DNA of 22,450 nucleotides from Catajapyx aquilonaris (Eukaryota): NCBI GenBank assembly GCA_000934665.2, contig KZ538313.1, positions 62,001 to 84,450 of the forward strand, read 5' to 3'. Shown piece by piece: positions 20,804 to 22,450 of this stretch (position 1 is its first letter; each line of letters starts with the position of its first letter). The notes under the pieces were generated by a model. It saw only the letters and a program-made list of their open reading frames with translations, ran no database searches and was not told where the DNA came from. The position numbers and the translations under genes were made by a program.

Positions 20804-22211
20804 TACAGCACATTGTTTGACAAGAATATGCATCATGACCTGCTGTACTGAACACTGTATGGCTTTCTCTCTTGCCCTGGCCTTGACCGAATAGGGCCTT
20901 GATTAGAAGGTGTTGCGTAAAATGTGCGACACATTTAATTAGACTAACTGAGCCTTGCACGGTGTGTCATTTAAGAGAAAGATCCACTTCCAGCTTAATT
21001 AAATCCCGAATAAGAAATTTATTGCGACAAGATTGCAAAATCATTGTCAGGTCACTAATAGAGATTTTTGAGATGACCATAATTTGTATTGATTTGACAA
21101 TGTACACTTGCACAGTATTAAATGCAACTAATGTGCATGGAAAAAATCTGCATGGCATCATTTATATTTATACACCCATCTGTAAAACGTGATCTGATTG
21201 GTGATTGATTCAGGAGACTGCAGGATGTGGGGGATGAAAAGACGTGATCTGAAGATGACCATCCCAGGCAAATAATATTACATTGTTACGTTTAAATTTA
21301 CTAAATGAGATAAGTCAGTAAGGGCACCAAAAATGGATGCTGCAATGCACCTAGCTTTTGAGTTGTATGACCTTGTCTTTGCTACATTTGGAGAAAATAT
21401 TTAGGGTGTTGGAAAGGAGGTTAGGACTGACATATTCGCAGTGAGTACAAGGTGAAAGTCCACTTTGAAGGTAAATAACCTTTGCCAACCTTTAACCTAT
21501 AATTAACATTATTTGACCCCCTTATTCTGCTAGCTTGCTTCACATAACCGCTCAGTGGATGTCATAACAGCGGCTATTGCACCGTCTCCGCAAGGAATCT
21601 TCCAGCTGGTAAAGTTCGTTATTAATTGTGATATCTAGATGATAATCGATAATAAACCTGTCCAGCCGCGCTATACCGTCGCATAATGTTACCTGGAGGA
21701 AGTGCAACCGGAGCAGATGCCATAAGATCCATTAGTCAAAAACCAATTACACAAGGACACAAATGTGCAGAGCATCAATCCTACCTTCAGTTCATGTAGC
21801 CGGCGTCAATCAGATAAAAAGTCAAAAGGCACATTATCGAACAGCTCCCATCACACTGACCAAGAGCTAATGCACTGACTTGTGAAGTAACACGGAAAAC
21901 GTTTTACAGTTGAAGTTCAGAGTTCAACATTGATGTAGGAGAGTGGGAGGTGTCTGGTAACTTTGCGGCGGTTGTTACCAGCATGCCGGCAATGTAGAAA
22001 TTTGTGAAGGGCTGATGGCTGCATATGCCCATAATTATGTATTGTAGTATCCCCTGATTTCACTTCAGGAACACCCCGATAATAATAGGGACCGGACAGC
22101 TTTAAGTTGTATATTCTTCTCACAGGTACAATAATAAACGTCTGATCTCAATTACAGTCACTCAACGACTCTCGTTCCAAACAATCTCAAACCCCCACAA
22201 TACCTTGGTTA

Positions 22212-22396
22212 GCCTCCATAGCAACCGTTACCATTAACCACACCTGACAACAATACACAGTCTTGCCAACATGACTCGAACCACTACAGTATCAGGGAGC
22301 ATATTATACTACATAAGAGGCGCAAACTTCTGTCGGCGCCATTGTTGTTCGCATCTCTCAGTTTATAGGGCGTTGCCAAGGCCGGCGGCCATCTTG
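22212..22396 (-). promoter_or_regulatory. Possible CpG-rich promoter with a YY1-type motif and a relaxed RFX X-box
   Basis: GGCGGCCATCTTG at 22384-96 (reverse complement CAAGATGGCCGCC, YY1 consensus). GCCTCCATAGCAAC at 22212-25 fits the relaxed X-box RYYNYYWWRRNRAC. GC and CpG content rise locally. These are short motifs only. Confidence 0.25.
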
Positions 22397-22450
22397 ACGT
22401 GTGTGGTATGTCAACGAGGTGTAAATAGGGTACAGGCAGGCCGTCAAGGT

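Noticed and set aside
20899..21192. Cys-containing 97-aa ORF resembling a zinc finger
   Set aside because: Non-ATG start, no consistent zinc-finger spacing and AT-rich intergenic composition.
21785..21860. In-frame TGA codons on the minus strand as selenocysteine
   Set aside because: No selenoprotein motif or identifiable SECIS; decay or non-coding sequence is the simpler explanation.
1..22450. Prokaryotic interpretation (operon, CRISPR array, prophage, defence island)
   Set aside because: Spliceosomal introns in the IR, GPCR and GR genes, low coding density, and no regularly spaced repeats or phage/cas genes.

Overview
Eukaryotic, very probably arthropod, nuclear DNA: the genes have GT-AG spliceosomal introns and AT-rich spacers. 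The window opens inside a long intronless ORF (14-2641, open upstream). Its protein has a coiled coil, a Gly-rich hydrophobic hairpin, a beta-rich domain, a furin-type RRSR site and a C-terminal domain I recognise by motif as the latrotoxin C-terminal domain, known from widow-spider latrotoxins and Wolbachia/phage WO/Rickettsiella proteins. It is a candidate symbiont-derived toxin gene in a host chromosome. A mixed receptor cluster follows, all on the + strand: two intact divergent ionotropic receptors (IRs), a 424-bp Tc1/mariner-type MITE, a truncated promoter-plus-5' duplicate of the second IR, a tandem duplication carrying two five-exon Tre1/moody-like class A GPCR genes (first frameshifted, second intact), and a gustatory receptor (GR) pseudogene. 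The GR's inferred internal deletion has a perfect 20-bp inverted repeat at the junction. All family calls come from manual motif recognition; no searches were run.
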